The position numbers and the translations under genes are program-made. A stretch of DNA of 64,000 bases from Candidatus Spongiisociaceae bacterium (GTDB taxonomy: Bacteria; Actinomycetota; Acidimicrobiia; Spongiisociales; Spongiisociaceae). Under the pieces are notes generated by a model, which did no database searches, was not told where the DNA came from, and worked only from the letters and a program-made list of their open reading frames with translations. Location: the NCBI GenBank assembly GCA_965219685.1, contig CBDCOH010000002.1:3616001-3680000 (forward strand). Direction: 5' to 3'. Shown here piece after piece: positions 18,237-28,559 of the stretch (position 1 is the first letter of the stretch; each line of letters opens with the position of its first letter).

Positions 18237-19547
18237 TTACGTTCTGGTGGCAAGGGCGATGCTCTGGTCGAGTAGACCGACAGCCTCGTCGATTTCGTCT
18301 CCGGTCACGTTCAGAGGTGGTGAGAGCTCCAGAACGTTCCCATAGACCCCGGCTGTTGTAACGATCAGACCTGCCTCGAAGGCAGCTTCAACGACACGTC
18401 GCGCTATGTGAGGCGCGGGAGCCTTGTCGTTGTGGTCGATCACCAGTTCGATTCCAACCTCAAGGCCAAGACCGCGGCAGTCGCCAACGACAGGGTGGGT
18501 GGCCTCGAGTTCCTTCAGGCCATCCAACAGGCGGGTCCCGGCAGTAGCTGCTCGATCCACGAGTGAGTCCTCAGCGATGATGGAGAGCAAGGTCGTCGAT
18601 GTGGCGCATGCTGCAGGATGCCCTCCCATCGTCGAGTTGATCATCGTGTTGAGATCGAGAATCTCAGATCGTCCGACGACCGCGGACAGTGGCAGACCTC
18701 CCCCTAGCGCCTTTCCGAGGACGACGGCATCCGGCTGGATTCCCGCATGCTCGTAGGCGAACATACGTCCGGTACGGCCGAGGCCGACCTTGACTTCATC
18801 TAGAACGAGCCAGATGCCGTATCGATCGCAGAGTTCTCTCAGGCCATGCAAGAAGTAGTCGTGCGGTCGAACGGCTCCGTTGTCCGCCTGGACAGCCTCC
18901 ACGAAGATTGCACCAGTCTCCTCTGCAGGGCACACGGCCGTCAGCAGGTGATCTTCCAAGAACTGAAGACACAGTTTCGCGCTTTCGAGGTCCGAGCTCG
19001 AGCCCATGGGACACCGATATCCGTTAGGGAACGGGGCCTTCGTGACGAAAGGGCTGTTCATCCCTGAGGCGTGGGTCGGAAAACCGGAGATCATGGATGA
19101 ACCTGTCGTAGTTCCGGCAAAACCGCCGACGAAGGCTATTGCTCGCTGCCTCCCGGATGCCAAGGGGATAGCCTTGAGGAGAAAGTCCATGGCCTCGCTT
19201 CCGGACACTCCGAACCAGACCCGTGATTCGAAAGTCATGGAGAGGAGGCCGCGCAGTGCCTGGGCCAGGGCAAGCACAGGCTTCGACGTTGCCAACGGGC
19301 TCACATGGAACCAATGGGTCGACATGGCCTCAGCTAGCGCTCTGTCGAGTCGCGGATCGTGGTAGCCGGCGAGGGCCACCGCTGCCGCGCCCGTGAAGTC
19401 GAGATACGCATTCCCGTCCTCGTCCCAGACCCGCCTACCCTCGGATCGGGCAATGGAGAGCGGAAACTGAGGGTTCTTGAAAGACGCGGCGAGGAGTCCG
19501 CTCTCAAGCGCGATGAGCTTTTCGGAGGCCGCCCTTGGAGATGCCAT
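18237..19547 (-). CDS. Class III PLP aminotransferase (GabT-like)
   Basis: DEDGNAYLDF, SGSEA, EAVQ, LVLDEVKVGLGRTG, GKALGGG (PLP Lys), STMGG; ATG 19547 with GGAGG RBS. Confidence 0.9.
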   Translation of the reverse strand: MASPRAASEKLIALESGLLAASFKNPQFPLSIARSEGRRVWDEDGNAYLDFTGAAAVALAGYHDPRLDRALAEAMSTHWFHVSPLATSKPVLALAQALRGLLSMTFESRVWFGVSGSEAMDFLLKAIPLASGRQRAIAFVGGFAGTTTGSSMISGFPTHASGMNSPFVTKAPFPNGYRCPMGSSSDLESAKLCLQFLEDHLLTAVCPAEETGAIFVEAVQADNGAVRPHDYFLHGLRELCDRYGIWLVLDEVKVGLGRTGRMFAYEHAGIQPDAVVLGKALGGGLPLSAVVGRSEILDLNTMINSTMGGHPAACATSTTLLSIIAEDSLVDRAATAGTRLLDGLKELEATHPVVGDCRGLGLEVGIELVIDHNDKAPAPHIARRVVEAAFEAGLIVTTAGVYGNVLELSPPLNVTGDEIDEAVGLLDQSIALATRT

Positions 19548-20011
19548 GTTCACCCTCCGACCTTGGAGTAAGGCCGCTGACAACTATACAGCAGATCGGT
19601 TCTGGCCCCGGACGAGAACGAGGTCGACACCCTGCTCCTGACCCGGGTGGTCATTCACCGACCCGCCCTCGAACGTCGACAACGCAAGCCCGGAACCAAT
19701 CCCCGGGTTCCTGTTCGATGAACGATCTCGCATCACACTCGGCATCCGGGCACGTCCGGCGCCGCTTCCGCCACCGCACCGGCGGCCCGGACCCCATCGA
19801 GTCCATCGACGCGACCAACTATGGAGACCCTCATCACTTCTGGCACACTCCGCCTCCCCCTCCCAGATCCGCTACCCCCCTTCCGAATCCGAAGAACCCT
19901 TTGATTGCATGGGGATAACCACCTAGTTAGCATTGCAATAGATGATGACTAGTGCACCACTCTGCAGCACTCGGTGAAATCCACTAATCCACTCTGTGCC
20001 TTGACGAGTCG

Positions 20012-22132
20012 ATGAGGTATCGAATTGCTGTCGACACCGGCGGGACCTTCACCGATGTCGTAGTTGCTGATAGACATGGATCCCTTACGGTGGCCAAGGC
20101 ACCGACCAACAATGCGGATATATACCAAGGCATCAGTTCGGCATTGACCCGTGCTGCCTCGGATCGTGGCATAACGATCGAAAGACTGCTCGAGTCCTCC
20201 GATCTTGTCAACTACACCACTACTCATCCTGTGAACGCTGTGATCCAGAAGAAGGTAGCCAGAACCGCTCTTCTTGTCACCGAGGGGTTCCCCGATATTC
20301 TCACCCTGCGCGGAGGAGGGAAGCTGGGTACCTTCAACCTACACGTTGATTATCCCGAGCCGTATATTCCTCGCAGCTTGACATATGAGATTCCGGAGCG
20401 GATCGATTCAGTGGGGCGAGTAGTCAGGGTCCTAGACGAAGCTGAAGCCCGTAGGACGATAAGGCAACTGAGTACCGAGGCCATCGGTGTCTGCTTCTTG
20501 TGGTCTGTAGTCAATCCCAGGCATGAGCTCATGGTAGGCAAGATCATCGAAGAGGAACTGGGTGACATACCTTACAGTCTCTCCCACAGAGTGAACCCAG
20601 TGGTCCGTGAGTATCCTCGTGCTTCAACGACAGCGATCGACGCCTCGCTAAAGCCAGAAATGGTCGCTCATCTAGTGAACGTGGAGAGTGGTTTGCGGGA
20701 ATCGGGCTTCGGAGGTGAGTTGCTGTTGGGGACATCCTATGGAGGGGTCGGTCATATGAAAGACCTCACCGAGCGACCGGTCTATACGCTGGGAGCCGGG
20801 CCGGCGCTTGCGCCGGTCGCAGGTAGGGCGTATTCCCGGGCAGAATCAGGACGGCCGAATGCGGACATCATTGTCTGTGACGCAGGAGGAACGAGTTTCG
20901 ACGTGAGTCTTGTCCGTGGTGGCTCGATTCTGACGACGAGGGAGAATTGGATTGGCGACCGGTTTAGCGGACACTTGTTCGGGGTGTCATCTGTAAAGAC
21001 GCACAGTATTGGAGCCGGGGGAGGCTCGATAGCTTGGGTCGACGATGGCGGTCTGTTGAGGGTCGGACCCCACAGCGCGGGCGCTTCACCTGGTCCGGCA
21101 TGCTACGGGAACGGCGGGACCATGGCGACCGTAACGGATGCGGCTGTTGTCTTGGGTTTCCTCGATCCCGCATACTTCCTCGGTGGGAGGATGCGGTTGG
21201 ATGTGGAAGCCGCACGTGCGGTCGTGGCCGACGTAGGCTCATTGTTGAGCGAACCGGTGGAGAAGGCCGCTTGGGCGATTCTCACGATCGCCAACCAACA
21301 CATGATCCGGGCTATACAATCGATCACGGTAGCGGAGGGTGTGGATCCCCGTGACTGTTTGCTGGTGGCTGGAGGAGGGGCGGCGGGTCTCAACATCCTG
21401 TCAATCGCCCGCGAGCTCGGTTGTCGGTATGTGTTGGTGCCTCGGACCGCCGGGGCCCTGACTGCATGTGGTGGGCAATTCACTGACCTGGTAGCAGAGT
21501 TCTCGACGAGTCATTTCACATCCTCTGCAGACTTCGACACTGACAGAATCAACGATACCCTTTCTGGCCTGACGAGAACTTTGTCCGAATTCACGTCCGA
21601 ACTGGAGGCTCGACTCGAGATCTCTGACATCGAGAACGAATTCATCGTCGATGCTCGCTACCGTCACCAGGTGTGGGAGCTGCAGATACCGATGAACGGA
21701 GAGCGCATCGATTCGGAGCGAGATGTTCTGGCACTCGTCACGGAGTTCTCGCAACTTCACAAGAGAGTCTTCGGTTTCGAGCAACCGGATGAGGTTGAGT
21801 TCGTGAGCTGGAAAGCTCGGCGGATCGCGAAACTTGGCCAACCGCCAGCTACGCAGACCTGGCCACAGACTCAAGAGAGTGACATGAGCGTGTTCCATCA
21901 CAGGTCGGCCTATTTTGGCTCAGAAGAATATGAACCCGTAGCCGTATTTCAGGGCCCCACACTACATAGAGGCTGTAAGATCGTGGGTCCTGCAATCATA
22001 CAGGAGCCGACAACAACGCTCGTAGTGTATCCGGACTACGTTGTTGATGTGACGGAACACGGGAATTACGTTGCACGTCCGAAAGGCGCGGTTGAGGAGA
22101 CCGGCAGTAGCGAAGGATACAATGTCGATTGA
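20012..22132 (+). CDS. hyuA: Hydantoinase A / 5-oxoprolinase ATP-binding subunit
   Basis: DTGGTFTD, REYPRASTT, DAGGTSFDVS, IGAGGGSIA, VGPHSAGASPGPACYG, TVTDA. Confidence 0.88.
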   Translation: MRYRIAVDTGGTFTDVVVADRHGSLTVAKAPTNNADIYQGISSALTRAASDRGITIERLLESSDLVNYTTTHPVNAVIQKKVARTALLVTEGFPDILTLRGGGKLGTFNLHVDYPEPYIPRSLTYEIPERIDSVGRVVRVLDEAEARRTIRQLSTEAIGVCFLWSVVNPRHELMVGKIIEEELGDIPYSLSHRVNPVVREYPRASTTAIDASLKPEMVAHLVNVESGLRESGFGGELLLGTSYGGVGHMKDLTERPVYTLGAGPALAPVAGRAYSRAESGRPNADIIVCDAGGTSFDVSLVRGGSILTTRENWIGDRFSGHLFGVSSVKTHSIGAGGGSIAWVDDGGLLRVGPHSAGASPGPACYGNGGTMATVTDAAVVLGFLDPAYFLGGRMRLDVEAARAVVADVGSLLSEPVEKAAWAILTIANQHMIRAIQSITVAEGVDPRDCLLVAGGGAAGLNILSIARELGCRYVLVPRTAGALTACGGQFTDLVAEFSTSHFTSSADFDTDRINDTLSGLTRTLSEFTSELEARLEISDIENEFIVDARYRHQVWELQIPMNGERIDSERDVLALVTEFSQLHKRVFGFEQPDEVEFVSWKARRIAKLGQPPATQTWPQTQESDMSVFHHRSAYFGSEEYEPVAVFQGPTLHRGCKIVGPAIIQEPTTTLVVYPDYVVDVTEHGNYVARPKGAVEETGSSEGYNVD

Positions 22133-23888
22133 CGCGATCACGCTAGCCGTTCTCGGGAATAGGTTTGATTCCATTGCACGGGAGATAACGGATACTCTCT
22201 TGCGCTCCGGGCGATCAGCTGTGATTACGGTCGCACGTGACTTCACATGTTCTATCATGACCGCTACCGGTGAGCTGATCGCTGCTCCCGAGGCTCTTCC
22301 GACTCATGTCATAGGCAGTCTGTTGGAAACGAGAGGACTGCATCTCTACTATGACGACGTCGCCCCAGGGGATGCCTTTCTCCACAATGATCCCTATGAC
22401 GGCGGGACACATCATGCCGACTACACGGTCATGGTGCCCGTATTCATAGGAGAGAAGCAACTCTTCACCGTGTGTGCCAAGGCACATCAAGCGGATTGTG
22501 GCAACTACCACCCTACCACTTACGACGCGGAGGCTCAGGACATCTACCGTGAAGGTTCGTTGAACTTCCCTTGTGTGCGCATTCAGAGGGACTTCAACGA
22601 TGTAGATGAGATCATTCGAATGTGCAGGCGGCGGATACGTATACCTGATCAATGGTATGGCGATTTCATGGCTCAGGTCGGTGCCTGCCGTATCGGAGAA
22701 AGGCGTCTGATCGAGTTGGTCGAGGAGTACGGTGAAGAGGCAATCCTAGAGTTTATCGAGGCTTGGTTCCAATACTCGAAGCGGCGAATGATCTCGGCGA
22801 TCCGGACCCTGCCCAGTGGCCGGATCACTGTGCACGGTTCCCACGATGCCATCCCGGCCGTGCCGGAAGGTGTCGATCTCAAAGCTGAGATCGTGGTGGA
22901 TGGTGATGAGGGAAGGATCGAAGTCGATCTGCGCGACAATCCGGATTGCATACCGGCTGGGCTCAATCAGACTGAGGCCACCTGTATGGCCAGCGTTCTG
23001 ATAGGTCTCATGAACGTGTTGGGTGGTGACGTACCCGTCAACTCAGGCAGTCTCGACCGCATCTCGCTGAAACTCCGTGAGAACTGCGTGGTTGGAATCG
23101 TCAAGCATCCATACTCCGCATCTCTTTCGACTACCAATATCGCAGACCGGCTTGTCAACATGATCCAGAGTGCCTTTGCAGAGTTGACAGATGGGATCGG
23201 GTTAGCGGAAGGTGGGCTCGGCTTGGGCGTTCACCACTGCGTCATCGGGGGAGTCGACCGGAGGCCGGGCCGGGAAGGCGACGTGTATCAGAATCAGATC
23301 CTGTTCCTGGGTAACGGAGGGCCTGCGACTAGTCGAAACGATGGTTGGCTTACCTATGGCGTGCCCGTCGCCGCAGGTCTGATCTACCGTGATTCCATCG
23401 AAATAGACGAGCAGAAGTACCCGGTCATCTACTGGGAGAACTTGGTCGAGCAGGACTCCGCCGGCCCGGGGAAGTTCCGGGGCGGTCCGGCAACCCGAAT
23501 CTCGATCGGTCCGAACGGAGGGACGCTGAGCCTCTCTTTCCCATCCGACGGTCATCAGACCCCTCCCAAGGGAGTGCGAGGGGCACCCGAAGGTACGTCA
23601 TGCCGAGCGTTCCTTGTTTCGGAAGGGGATGAATGGCTGCCGCTTCCCGCCGTCGTCTCGTCGCAGGTGGTAGCGGATGGCGAGCGTGTGGTAGGAATAG
23701 GCTCGGGCGGCGGTGGATACGGAGATCCCTATGACAGACCGCCGGATCTGGTCCTGCGCGACTTCGAGGCGGGCTGGGTATCTCGAAAAGCGGCCGAGAG
23801 GGACTACGGTGTGGTGATCGAGCGGTTGCCGGATCGAGGGTGGGCCGTCGACGCGATCGGGACGAAAGCAATGCGATCGAGCCGCTGA
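22122..23888 (+). CDS. hyuB: Hydantoinase B / 5-oxoprolinase catalytic subunit
   Basis: RDFTC, HNDPY.GGTH..D, AHQAD.G, IEIDE, DSAGPGKFRGG, GGGGYGDP. Confidence 0.88.
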   Translation: MSIDAITLAVLGNRFDSIAREITDTLLRSGRSAVITVARDFTCSIMTATGELIAAPEALPTHVIGSLLETRGLHLYYDDVAPGDAFLHNDPYDGGTHHADYTVMVPVFIGEKQLFTVCAKAHQADCGNYHPTTYDAEAQDIYREGSLNFPCVRIQRDFNDVDEIIRMCRRRIRIPDQWYGDFMAQVGACRIGERRLIELVEEYGEEAILEFIEAWFQYSKRRMISAIRTLPSGRITVHGSHDAIPAVPEGVDLKAEIVVDGDEGRIEVDLRDNPDCIPAGLNQTEATCMASVLIGLMNVLGGDVPVNSGSLDRISLKLRENCVVGIVKHPYSASLSTTNIADRLVNMIQSAFAELTDGIGLAEGGLGLGVHHCVIGGVDRRPGREGDVYQNQILFLGNGGPATSRNDGWLTYGVPVAAGLIYRDSIEIDEQKYPVIYWENLVEQDSAGPGKFRGGPATRISIGPNGGTLSLSFPSDGHQTPPKGVRGAPEGTSCRAFLVSEGDEWLPLPAVVSSQVVADGERVVGIGSGGGGYGDPYDRPPDLVLRDFEAGWVSRKAAERDYGVVIERLPDRGWAVDAIGTKAMRSSR

Positions 23889-24070
23889 CCACGAAAGCCT
23901 TCGCCGTTGTCAGGCCGGTCATCTCCTAGGTCGGCGTCTCGCAGTTGGCGGTTGTAGCCAACTGCGCCCGGTCGGCTGCAGCAAGTGGGAAGTTCTCCTT
24001 TCTTGGTCCGGGAGTTCGCGGATGTTGGCAGAAGTGGCACGCCAGGAACAGGTCGCACGAGGAGTCTGGA

Positions 24071-25135
24071 ATGGTTGACACAGCGCGAATCGCACTCTCG
24101 ATTGGCTCACGTTCATACGGGATGGCACGGACCCTTCCTGCGTTCCGGGGATTTCTCCTAGCCATGGAAGACGCCGCCAAGCGAACAGATATACGCCCTC
24201 CAATCGACTGGGTGATGTTCGACGATCACGGCGATCCTGCTCAGGCGGCCCTACTCGCCGAAACTATCGTTGCGGACGACCGTTTCATCGCCGTCGTCGG
24301 TCCCATGAGCTCGACGGAGGCCCTTGCCAATGCCCCGATTTTCGATGACGCTGGCCTGCTCCAGGTCAGCCCGTGTGCATCCCATCCCGATCTATGTCAG
24401 CAAGGTTTCAGGACGTTTTTCCGCCTGGTGCCCAACGAAACCGTACAGGGTTCCGCGCTCGCAAGGTTGGCGCGCCGCGAACTTGTCGCGTACAGAGCCG
24501 CGATCGTGCATGATCGTGATGCCTTCGGAACCACCGTTGCTGACAATTTCGGCAGAGCATTCAGTGAATACGGCGGGATGATCGTCGCACGTGAAGGATA
24601 TGGCTACGGAGCAACGGACTTCTCCGGTCTGGCCGGGGTCGTGTCTGACTCATCCCCCGATGTAGTCTTCTTCGCCGTACACGCCACAGAGGGGCTGCTG
24701 GCCTCGTCGGCAATTCGCCAGGCTGGTGTGGATGCGCCGTTCTTGGGAACCGACGGCCTCAAGACTTCCTTCTTCCTGGGAGGAGGTGAGCCGCTGGAAG
24801 AAGCCTTTCACACGCACTCGGGAGCCGACTTCCGGCGTTTACCGTCGGCGAAAGGACTGAGAGACGCGTACGTCGCTCGGTGGCCCGAGGACAGCACCTA
24901 CAGTCCCGAGGCTTACGACAGTGTCTGTCTCATCGTTGATGCTCTTGCCGAAGCAGGAGAGGCCACGCGCTCGGCGGTGTTGAACGCGTTCCGCTCTCTC
25001 TTCCCCTACGACGGTGTAACGGGAACCATCCGGTTCGATGCCGATGGGGAACGTCTCGATGCTCCGATCAGTTGGTATGAGGTCAAGCGTCGGGGCGGTG
25101 AACGGGTGATGGAGTACCGGGGAACGGTTTCATGA
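24071..25135 (+). CDS. LivJ/LivK-type (PBP type 1) ligand-binding protein with no signal peptide and no transporter partners
   Basis: DDHGDP..A, AVVGP..S, SP.ASHPDL, FFRLVPN...QG, FLGTDG, YDSV, GVTGTIRFD..GE. Confidence 0.8.
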   Translation: MVDTARIALSIGSRSYGMARTLPAFRGFLLAMEDAAKRTDIRPPIDWVMFDDHGDPAQAALLAETIVADDRFIAVVGPMSSTEALANAPIFDDAGLLQVSPCASHPDLCQQGFRTFFRLVPNETVQGSALARLARRELVAYRAAIVHDRDAFGTTVADNFGRAFSEYGGMIVAREGYGYGATDFSGLAGVVSDSSPDVVFFAVHATEGLLASSAIRQAGVDAPFLGTDGLKTSFFLGGGEPLEEAFHTHSGADFRRLPSAKGLRDAYVARWPEDSTYSPEAYDSVCLIVDALAEAGEATRSAVLNAFRSLFPYDGVTGTIRFDADGERLDAPISWYEVKRRGGERVMEYRGTVS

Positions 25136-25249
25136 TGTCGGTTGGCCTTCCGGGCGGCTACACAGATCGGAGTCGAGGGTCTGGCTCGCGATTGGGCTAC
25201 AGTCGGCATCGATGGGTGCGGTGACTGGCAACTGACCACTGATCATTAG

Positions 25250-27598
25250 TTAGATGTTCCCATTTGCCGCAAGGGCCACCAGCGCGCTGTTGACCACCTG
25301 GTCGGCCTGCAATCCGAAGCGTTCGTACAACTCCGGGATGGTTCCAGACTCGCCGAAGTCGTCGACTCCTACCGGGACCACCCGCTGCCCGTACACGGAG
25401 CCCAGCCAGGCGAGGGTGTGCGAGGCCGCGTCATGCGCGGTGACGATCGGCGCTCTCCGCAGTGGTGGCGGGATGAGGGTGGCGAGGTGATGCTCGTCCG
25501 CCGGAGGGATGAGCCGCGACTGCGATCGGCGGAGGGTGCGGATCCAGCCGCTGTAGAGGCGGTCCGGGCTGGTGATCGACAGCACCGTGGCGCCGACTCC
25601 CTCCTCCTCCAGTTCCTCGGCCGCGGCCACGAGTTCCGGCATCACCGAGCCGCTCCCGGCGAGGACGATTGGGACTAGGCCGGCGTCCGACGGACCGCGC
25701 AGCCGGTAACCGCCCGCCACTGCGTCGCCCCGCAGGCGGTCCTCTCCAACCGATTCCAAGACGTCCCGGAACGGCTTCTGGTCGATTGGCCTGGTGCTCA
25801 GGCGGAGGTAGGAGATGGCGCCGTCGGGATCCGACAGCCGATGGAGGGCGTCGATCAGCAACCACTCCAGGCTCTGGGCGTAGGCGGGTTCGACGAACTC
25901 GACGCCCGGAAGTTCCATCCCGACGGATGGGGTGATGGTGGACTGGTGGGCGCCTCCCTCGGGGGCGAGGCTGATCCCGGAGGGAGTGCCGACCACCACG
26001 AACCGACTGCCGTTGTACGTGCCGTAGACGAAGGCGTCGAGACCCCGGAGGACGAACGGGTCGTACACGGTGCCGATCGGCAGCAACATCTCGCCGTGGT
26101 GGTCGTGGGAGAGTCCCAACTGGCCGAGCAGCATGAAGAGGTTCATCTCCGAGATCCCCAACTCGATGTGTTGGCCTTCGGGTCCCGGCTTCCAGCGGAG
26201 GAGGGTCTCGGTGGCCGAATAGTCGGGCCGGTGGTCGGGCGAGAAGACCCCGGCCTTGTTGATCCACCCTCCGAGATTCGTCGATATGGCGACGTCCGGC
26301 GAGGTGGTCACCAGTCGCTCTGCCACGCCTTCGATCTCGGCGAGGCGCACCAACGTCCTCCCGAAGGCATCCTGGGTGGAGACCGGTCTGGCGGACGCTG
26401 CCGGACGAGCGAAGGTGCCGACTGTCGCCGGCAGAGGCAAAGCGGGTCGGGGTGGGATCGGAAGGTTGTTGATCTCGCTGCCCACGCCCTCGCACACCCG
26501 ACCGGCAGGGCTGTCCGGATCGAAGCGGTCCCACTCGGTCTCGGGGGTCAGCCCCACCCTGGATCTGAGATCGTCTATCTGGGCGGGGCCGAGGAGGGCC
26601 GCATGGTTGAGCGGGTCACCGGCGAAGGGAAGGCTGTAGCCCTTGACCGTGAAGGCGAACACGATGCTCGGACGGTCCCGTTCTGCGTCGCACTCCCGGA
26701 AGCACCTGACCAATTCCACGAGGTCGTGGCCCCCCAGATCGTGCACGACCGAGGGGAGGTCGTCGTCGCTGACATCCGCGATCGATTCCGGCACACCTCG
26801 GGCGGCTCCCTCGAGGAACTGCTCACGGAGTTCGGAGCCGCGCAGCCGGAACAGGCTCTGGTAGTGCTCGTTGGACATCCCGTCTATGTGGCGCCGCAGG
26901 GCCGTGCCGCCTGGCCGGTCGAAGAGTCCCTGGAGTCGCCGGCCGTATTTGGCCTGGGTGACGTGCCATCCGGCCGCGGCGAAAGCGTTGGCCATCCGCC
27001 CCACCGCGATGTCTGGCACCACCCGGTCGAGGCTCTGGCGGTTGGCGTCCACCACTAGCATGGCGTTGCCCAGGCCGGCCAGGGCCGGCTCGGCTATCGC
27101 CTCCCAGACGTTGCCCTCGTCGAGTTCGGCGTCGCCGACCAGCGCTATGAAACGGGCCGCGCCGCGAGGACCGAACTTGGTGTCCACGTACCGCCGGGTG
27201 GCCGCCGAGAACAGCGGCGCCACCGCGCCCAGGCCGACCGAGCCGGTGGAGAAGTCGGCCACGTCGGGGTCCTTGGTGCGGGACGGGTAGGCCTGGAGGC
27301 CGCCCAGGCGACGCAACCGGGTCAGGTAGGAGCGGTCCAACTCGCCGGTCAGGTACTTGATGGCGTGGTAGACGGGCGAGGCGTGGGGCTTGACGGCCAC
27401 CTTGTCTTCGCCGCCGATGTGGCTGAACCACAGGGCGGTCATGACGGACACCAGCGAGGCTGACGATGCCTGGTGACCCCCCACCTTGATCTCGGTGCTG
27501 CGGTCCCGGTTGACGTAGTCGACCATCCGCACGGCCAGCCACAGCACCCGCTGTTCTATCTCTTTGAGCGTCTTCTCGACGGCGGCAGGAACCATCAT
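25250..27598 (-). CDS. aceE: AceE-like (pyruvate dehydrogenase E1 / transketolase-like) ThDP enzyme, short form
   Basis: KVGGHQASSAS, KPHASP, FSTGSVGLG, GDAELDEG (ThDP motif), NRQSLD, GISEMN, APEGGAHQS. Confidence 0.75.
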   Translation of the reverse strand: MMVPAAVEKTLKEIEQRVLWLAVRMVDYVNRDRSTEIKVGGHQASSASLVSVMTALWFSHIGGEDKVAVKPHASPVYHAIKYLTGELDRSYLTRLRRLGGLQAYPSRTKDPDVADFSTGSVGLGAVAPLFSAATRRYVDTKFGPRGAARFIALVGDAELDEGNVWEAIAEPALAGLGNAMLVVDANRQSLDRVVPDIAVGRMANAFAAAGWHVTQAKYGRRLQGLFDRPGGTALRRHIDGMSNEHYQSLFRLRGSELREQFLEGAARGVPESIADVSDDDLPSVVHDLGGHDLVELVRCFRECDAERDRPSIVFAFTVKGYSLPFAGDPLNHAALLGPAQIDDLRSRVGLTPETEWDRFDPDSPAGRVCEGVGSEINNLPIPPRPALPLPATVGTFARPAASARPVSTQDAFGRTLVRLAEIEGVAERLVTTSPDVAISTNLGGWINKAGVFSPDHRPDYSATETLLRWKPGPEGQHIELGISEMNLFMLLGQLGLSHDHHGEMLLPIGTVYDPFVLRGLDAFVYGTYNGSRFVVVGTPSGISLAPEGGAHQSTITPSVGMELPGVEFVEPAYAQSLEWLLIDALHRLSDPDGAISYLRLSTRPIDQKPFRDVLESVGEDRLRGDAVAGGYRLRGPSDAGLVPIVLAGSGSVMPELVAAAEELEEEGVGATVLSITSPDRLYSGWIRTLRRSQSRLIPPADEHHLATLIPPPLRRAPIVTAHDAASHTLAWLGSVYGQRVVPVGVDDFGESGTIPELYERFGLQADQVVNSALVALAANGNI

Positions 27599-28284
27599 TG
27601 TTGATCGGCGATGTAGGAGACGTAGATCCGCTTGATGTCTCGGGCGGAGACAACTACTCGCGGAAGGTAGCCGTCGGCCGGACTCTGGAAGGTATTGCCA
27701 TCAGGGTATCTGATCAAGAAGGGTGTTGCGAGGACGATGTCACGGTCTGCGCCTTCCTCAGGATCTGTGTTGAACCAGGCGAGATCGCCAGAGATGTAGC
27801 TACCGTCGTCTAGCTCACAGATAACAAAACTGACGGATGAATCCTTGGGTACACCAGCTACGAAGACTTGGTACCACCCCGAAGTCTCTGTAAGTGTGGG
27901 GGTGAGAACTCGTGATACGTGTTTGAGCGGTCCCAACTCGAGAGCGAAGGCTGCTGAGAGGCTGGAGGTACATAGGACGAGGCCGATCAACCAGGCAGCA
28001 ACGTATAGAAGCCGCGAGTCGTCCAGAAGGATGTACGCGGCTGGCTCACGCATCAACCGAGAAAGATCGAGAGAGTGCTCGCCGATAGGCGGTAACAACC
28101 GGGCTAGGCCGTACAACACCAGCACGGTGGTGTTGGTAACGGCTGCGACGACTATGAACCCTGCAGCTTCTACTGTCCGCGAGAGCTGCCGCGTCGGGAA
28201 GAGCCGTCTCCTCAGGCTGTAGTGGACATAGCCGGGGAGAAGGACGAAGACCGCGATCAACAACCCGGCCAACGAACCGGGCAA
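27595..28284 (-). CDS. DUF6338-like membrane protein
   Basis: N-terminal LLPGY, three TM helices, W..F...V..DG..I.G and C-terminal V.A.DI..I pattern recalled for DUF6338; ATGA overlap with the aceE start. Confidence 0.65.
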   Translation of the reverse strand: MPGSLAGLLIAVFVLLPGYVHYSLRRRLFPTRQLSRTVEAAGFIVVAAVTNTTVLVLYGLARLLPPIGEHSLDLSRLMREPAAYILLDDSRLLYVAAWLIGLVLCTSSLSAAFALELGPLKHVSRVLTPTLTETSGWYQVFVAGVPKDSSVSFVICELDDGSYISGDLAWFNTDPEEGADRDIVLATPFLIRYPDGNTFQSPADGYLPRVVVSARDIKRIYVSYIADQQ

Positions 28285-28287
28285 GTG

Positions 28288-28431
28288 CTAGTCCTTTCTG
28301 ACCTTTCGCGGGAAGTTCGGTCGTTCGGAGACTACCTTAGGCGGCGGTGGCGGGTTCTTCGGGGCCATGCCACCTGTCTCGATTACTTCGTAGCGTTCCC
28401 GGACCCGTTCGAGAAACTTCTTGCGAGGCAT
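28288..28431 (-). CDS. 47-aa basic, Pro-rich peptide (not in the ORF track)
   Basis: ATG 28431 to TAG 28288: MPRKKFLERVRERYEVIETGGMAPKNPPPPPKVVSERPNFPRKVRKD; ends 3 nt before the DUF6338-like start. Confidence 0.55.
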   Translation of the reverse strand: MPRKKFLERVRERYEVIETGGMAPKNPPPPPKVVSERPNFPRKVRKD

Positions 28432-28559
28432 CCACCAAGTCTAGCAGGCAGCAGATTCCACGACTCGTCGGGTGGGCGGGCGATCATGGTCGCGTCGTGA
28501 GCTTGCGTACCTGGTGAACCTGCCGACCTGAGTGCCTGGCGGGTTCTACACTTGTCGCG

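Noticed and set aside
19590-19935. Short ORFs between the GabT-like gene and hyuA
   Set aside because: No recognisable motif; may be a decayed remnant but cannot be supported.
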